A stretch of 64,000 bases of DNA, from assembly GCA_030390025.1 (NCBI GenBank), contig CM059432.1, positions 37,202,001-37,266,000 of the forward strand. Reading direction: 5' to 3'. Source of the DNA: Squalus acanthias (taxonomy: Eukaryota). Below the pieces are notes generated by a model that was given only the letters and a program-made list of their open reading frames with translations, was not told where the DNA came from and made no database searches. Both the position numbers and the translations under genes were made by a program. Below, piece after piece: positions 60,440-64,000 of the stretch; positions within the stretch are counted from its first letter, which is position 1; each line of letters opens with the position of its first letter.

Positions 60440-61620
60440 ATGGTAGTGTCGTGGTTATGTTACTGGGCTCGTAATCTGGAGGTCTGGACTAACAATCCAG
60501 CGAATGGGATAGAGTTTCCGCTTTGGACGCAATCAGCGATTCCGCCGCAAATTGCGCCCGTTTTGAAAAGTTTTTTTCTCCCCGAATTTACACTGAAGCT
60601 CATTTGCATATCGTCGAACGCAAAGTCTGCCATAAACCAGTGCAATTGGGCAGCATTTTAAAACATAATCTCTTTTTAATAACTAAAATTTTACTTCAAA
60701 AAATATTCCTTGATATATTGAAGAGTGGTAACTTGGTAAAGTTTGATTAATACTGTGGAAAATGCGTTTATCACAAAAAAAAGCATTTTAAATCGGTGTC
60801 AATCCACCATCTGTGAGTAACCCAATTTTAAATTACTGAAACTAACTTTAAAAAAAATACAAAACTATTTTCTGGTTAGATTGAGGTATAGCAGTCAGTT
60901 CCTTAGTAAAAAAAAAAATGTTTTTTTAATTTAAAACCTTTCAATACGTACCTACCTATTAGCGCCCAAAAGATCCAGCTTAATTTTGGAGCCTCCTCGT
61001 AGGCCTGCAAACAAGCACAATTAGCAGAAATGCCTAATGGTGATTAATGCACCCTGGGGGCGTGGCCAGTTTTGTGGGCCATTTTTTAAAAAACTAGCGC
61101 AAAAGACCGCAGAGTCTCGAGTTGCGCTGAACACGATTTGCGCTTAAAATTTCGCGATCTTTTGCGCTGGTTACGCCCATATTGGTGAATTGCCCCGAAA
61201 GAACCAGTGCAATCGAGCGGAAGTTCCAGGCTAATGAGTTCAAATTCCACCATGGCAGTTTGAGAATTTGAATTCAGTTTAAAAAGGAAAAAGTCTGGAA
61301 ATAAAAAACTGGTATCTGTAAAAGTGACCATAAAGCTGTTGGATTCTTGTAAAAACCAAACTGCCTCACTAATGTCCTTTAGGGAAGGAAACCTGCCGTC
61401 CATACCCTGTCTGGCCTATATGTGACTCAAGTTCCACACTGCTGTTGTTGATTCCTAACTTCCCTCTGAAGTGACCAAGCAAGCTGCTCAGTTTTATCAA
61501 ACCAGTACCATCAGCAGTACAAGAAAAAGGCTTGCTGCAGCGTTCCCCGTGAAACTAGGGATGGTCCATAAATGCTGGCCTTGCCAGCGACACCCACATC
61601 CCAAGAATTAATTAAAAAAA
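60440..61620 (+). mobile_element. tRNA-head SINE with family B LINE tail, split by a MITE at 60506-61232
   Basis: Head gtggttatgttactgg...ggactaacaatccag resumes as atgagttcaaattccaccatggcag; ends aaatgctggccttgccagcgacacccacatccc plus an A-rich tail. Confidence 0.85.
60506..61232. mobile_element. MITE-like non-autonomous DNA transposon, probably PIF/Harbinger type
   Basis: Cleanly interrupts a SINE; imperfect TIR GGGATAGAGTTTCCGCTT versus reverse complement AGCCTGGAACTTCCGCTC; 3-bp TSD AAT (60503-60505, 61233-61235); CpG-rich ends and AT-rich core. Confidence 0.7.
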
Positions 61621-62871
61621 GAACAGGAGGCAAGAGCAGAGACTTGTTCTTATTCACTGCCATTTGGGGTTTGGTACTGTAACACCACTGAAACACAGAA
61701 AAGCAACACCAAAGACTGATAACTAGGGACAGCTTTAAAGGAACCAAATGTACACAGCATTGTCTACTGGACACAGCCAACCAAATCCACAGGAGCTGCA
61801 GTAGTTGGCAACTGCATTTTAAGTTAAGTTGCGTTTACACCCATGGTAAACCATCCCTGTGCTGCATGTGTAACTTTGAGCAATATCGCCTCTCGATACA
61901 TGTACAGTAGGTGCTGCAGTGTTTAAGAATTGATTCCACCAGAAAAAGCATTTTAGTTCATCCCTCGCAGCTCTTTTGTGTATATCGAAGAAGGCAATTC
62001 AGATTTGCATATACTTATTACAAGATTGGCAGCAGGCAGAAGAAAACAACTCGACTTTTAGGTAGATCTGCTCATGATTACAAAAGATTTGAGGAAATTC
62101 TGATGCCAATTATTTAAATATTTTGGTTAAGCAATTTTGCATTTTTTTTTTTGTTGAAGCAAAAATCCAGTGCCTGTGCTGATGAGTATCACATACTAGT
62201 ATATTGCACATCAATGTGTGGTATTGACTTAAGTGTGATATTTCTTGGTACATTGGTTCCAATTCTCTAAGTATGCCCAATGGGAACCACTTGTCGCTCT
62301 CCGTTGCTGGTGTGTTTCGGAGCAGGAGCTAAATAGTGTGTCCTCATACTTTGGTGCTCTTAATATTGCATTTCCAGTGAACATATTTGTTAGTGTGATT
62401 TTTGAGGGGAAGAGGAAATCTCAAGCACACACTTATTTACTGGATTCAACCCTCGAGCTATGATGACCTTATTGCTATCATTGTCAAGTCCCTTGAGCAT
62501 ATATCTCTCTCCCACCCATCTCACTTCTTCAAGTGGGACTAAATGTAAAGCTCTTTCAAAGAGCCAGCTCGAGCATGATGGGTTGAATGGCCTCCTGTGC
62601 TGTATGATTCTATTCAATATTCAAAATCCTGGAGTACAAATGTCACTGTTGCCCTGCTACCCCCCACTTTTCAAACCTCAGCCAGCACTACCTACTAACT
62701 CTTCCAACTCTGGTCTCATTTATCCATCCACCTTTGGTGATAGTTTTCAGTTGTCTCAATCCTACAATCTCTCTAAATGCCTCCACCTTACTACCTTTCT
62801 ACCCGAGTACAAAAACTCCATTCCATCATGCTTTTGGTCACTTTCCCCAACTTTGTCGTCTACTGATACTT

Positions 62872-63465
62872 TAGGGCCGATTTTACCCTGCCCGCTTGGC
62901 AGAAACCAGTTAAAACTTGGCAGTTAAAATGGCCCTTGTAACACACCCGATTCCACTGCCTTCACACGAGTTGCAATCTTAACCTACTCTGAGCAGAGGT
63001 GGATACCTGCTGGAAGGCAGCCGGGGACGGGGGGTTCTTTAGATATGCAAATTGCTCCGATGATATCGGGGCCTGACTGCAATTTCAAAAAGAGGCCTGC
63101 AAGGGGAAACCGTCGTGGCTTCTCCGCCAGGCCAATCTGGTGGGACGAGGAGCCGGGGCCAGAAGAGACTCAGAAAGGTGAGTGGAATTTTCTTCAGTGT
63201 TTTTTTGTAGGCCTGGAGAAGCATAAGGTAACCTTGGGGCTTCTCTCCCCAACCGTGAGTCCTTCCCAACCACACCTGAGTGCCCGGGTCTGTTCCCTCA
63301 ATGACTACCCGACAGTGGCCTCCTGCTCCGGTCAGCCAGCTAGCGCTTCCTGCCAGGTTTTGGGTGGGAGACTGAAGATTTAAAATCTGCTGCGCCTCAC
63401 GCTGCGTCCGATTCGGGGAGGCCCCCCAACACCCCACCTGCACGACTCTTGGGCCGGGAGTTAAG
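62872..63465. mobile_element. GC-rich probable MITE-like repeat
   Basis: Abrupt GC/CpG-rich block starting agggccgattttacc, with a local inverted copy gttaaaatggccct at ~62922-62935; right terminus unclear. Confidence 0.35.
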
Positions 63466-63569
63466 TTTAGGGCTTTCGTGTCTGTTCGCTCCTCAGTAAA
63501 GTTTCTTGGGATGCTTTTGCCAAGTTAAAGCGACTTCTACGAATTAAAGTTGCTGTTACTGACTCAAGA

Positions 63570-64000
63570 TGCTGGGGGGGAAAAATCAATGGGTATGCCT
63601 GGCGAATCGTGTTCAGCTGTGTTGGCGTAGCAGGAAGAATGGAAATGTACGTCCATTGATTACAGTAAAGAGGTGCTGAGGAACTAGATAAACTTGAGTT
63701 CTTCAGCCTTAAATGATACATCTCAGAAGCGGAACCTCAGAGATAAAGAAGAGACTTGTAAGCATTACAAGGATAGAGAAGGTAAACCTAGCACAATACT
63801 TTTAGGTACACAAGTGCAGCAGAACAAGAGGACACAGGTTGAGATTGTGAAAGGCAAGCTTAGGACAGATGTAAGGAAACCGGGCGATTGACAACTGCAA
63901 TGGGGCTGTGCGGGAAGCATGGTTGAGGCCAGGATTCTGCACCCAGGTAAGAAACAGCTAGATTCTGTCATGGGGAGATAGTAGGGTTAGTAGTCCGAGA
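63570..64000 (+). mobile_element. Very old CR1 3' fragment
   Basis: Frame reads ...EIVKGKLRTDVRK, resembling the CR1 C-terminus. Confidence 0.5.

Noticed and set aside
62460..63443. 155-aa and 134-aa ORFs as a downstream gene
   Set aside because: No recognisable protein motif or consistent splice structure; they overlap a CR1 tail, L2-like remnants and a GC-rich repeat.

Overview
Vertebrate genomic DNA, almost certainly an elasmobranch (shark/ray), judged from HE1 V-SINEs, Deu-domain SINEs and shark-type CR1 and Penelope elements; the species cannot be named from this window. The only cellular gene I can support is the 3' end of SMARCC1 (BAF155, SWI/SNF core subunit) on the + strand. It has three coding exons (1675-1951, 43459-43635, 47083-47156 including TAA) separated by introns of about 41.5 kb and 3.4 kb, and carries a Q16 tract. 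Much of the rest is nested retroelement sequence: CR1 LINEs with an esterase ORF1, a second CR1-clade LINE, L2, RTE, a decayed Penelope element, a solo LTR, about four SINE families, MITE-like inserts and two GC-rich minisatellites. The most striking structure is at 55662-56714. It is a young, non-coding, almost fully palindromic Penelope-type element with ~340-bp arms, a 17-nt loop, minimal hammerhead-ribozyme motifs, a 36-nt unpaired tail and a 12-bp target-site duplication, later interrupted by an HE1 SINE. Exon, TSD and palindrome coordinates were counted by hand; other repeat boundaries are approximate (tens of bp). Family names come from recalled consensus features, not from database searches.
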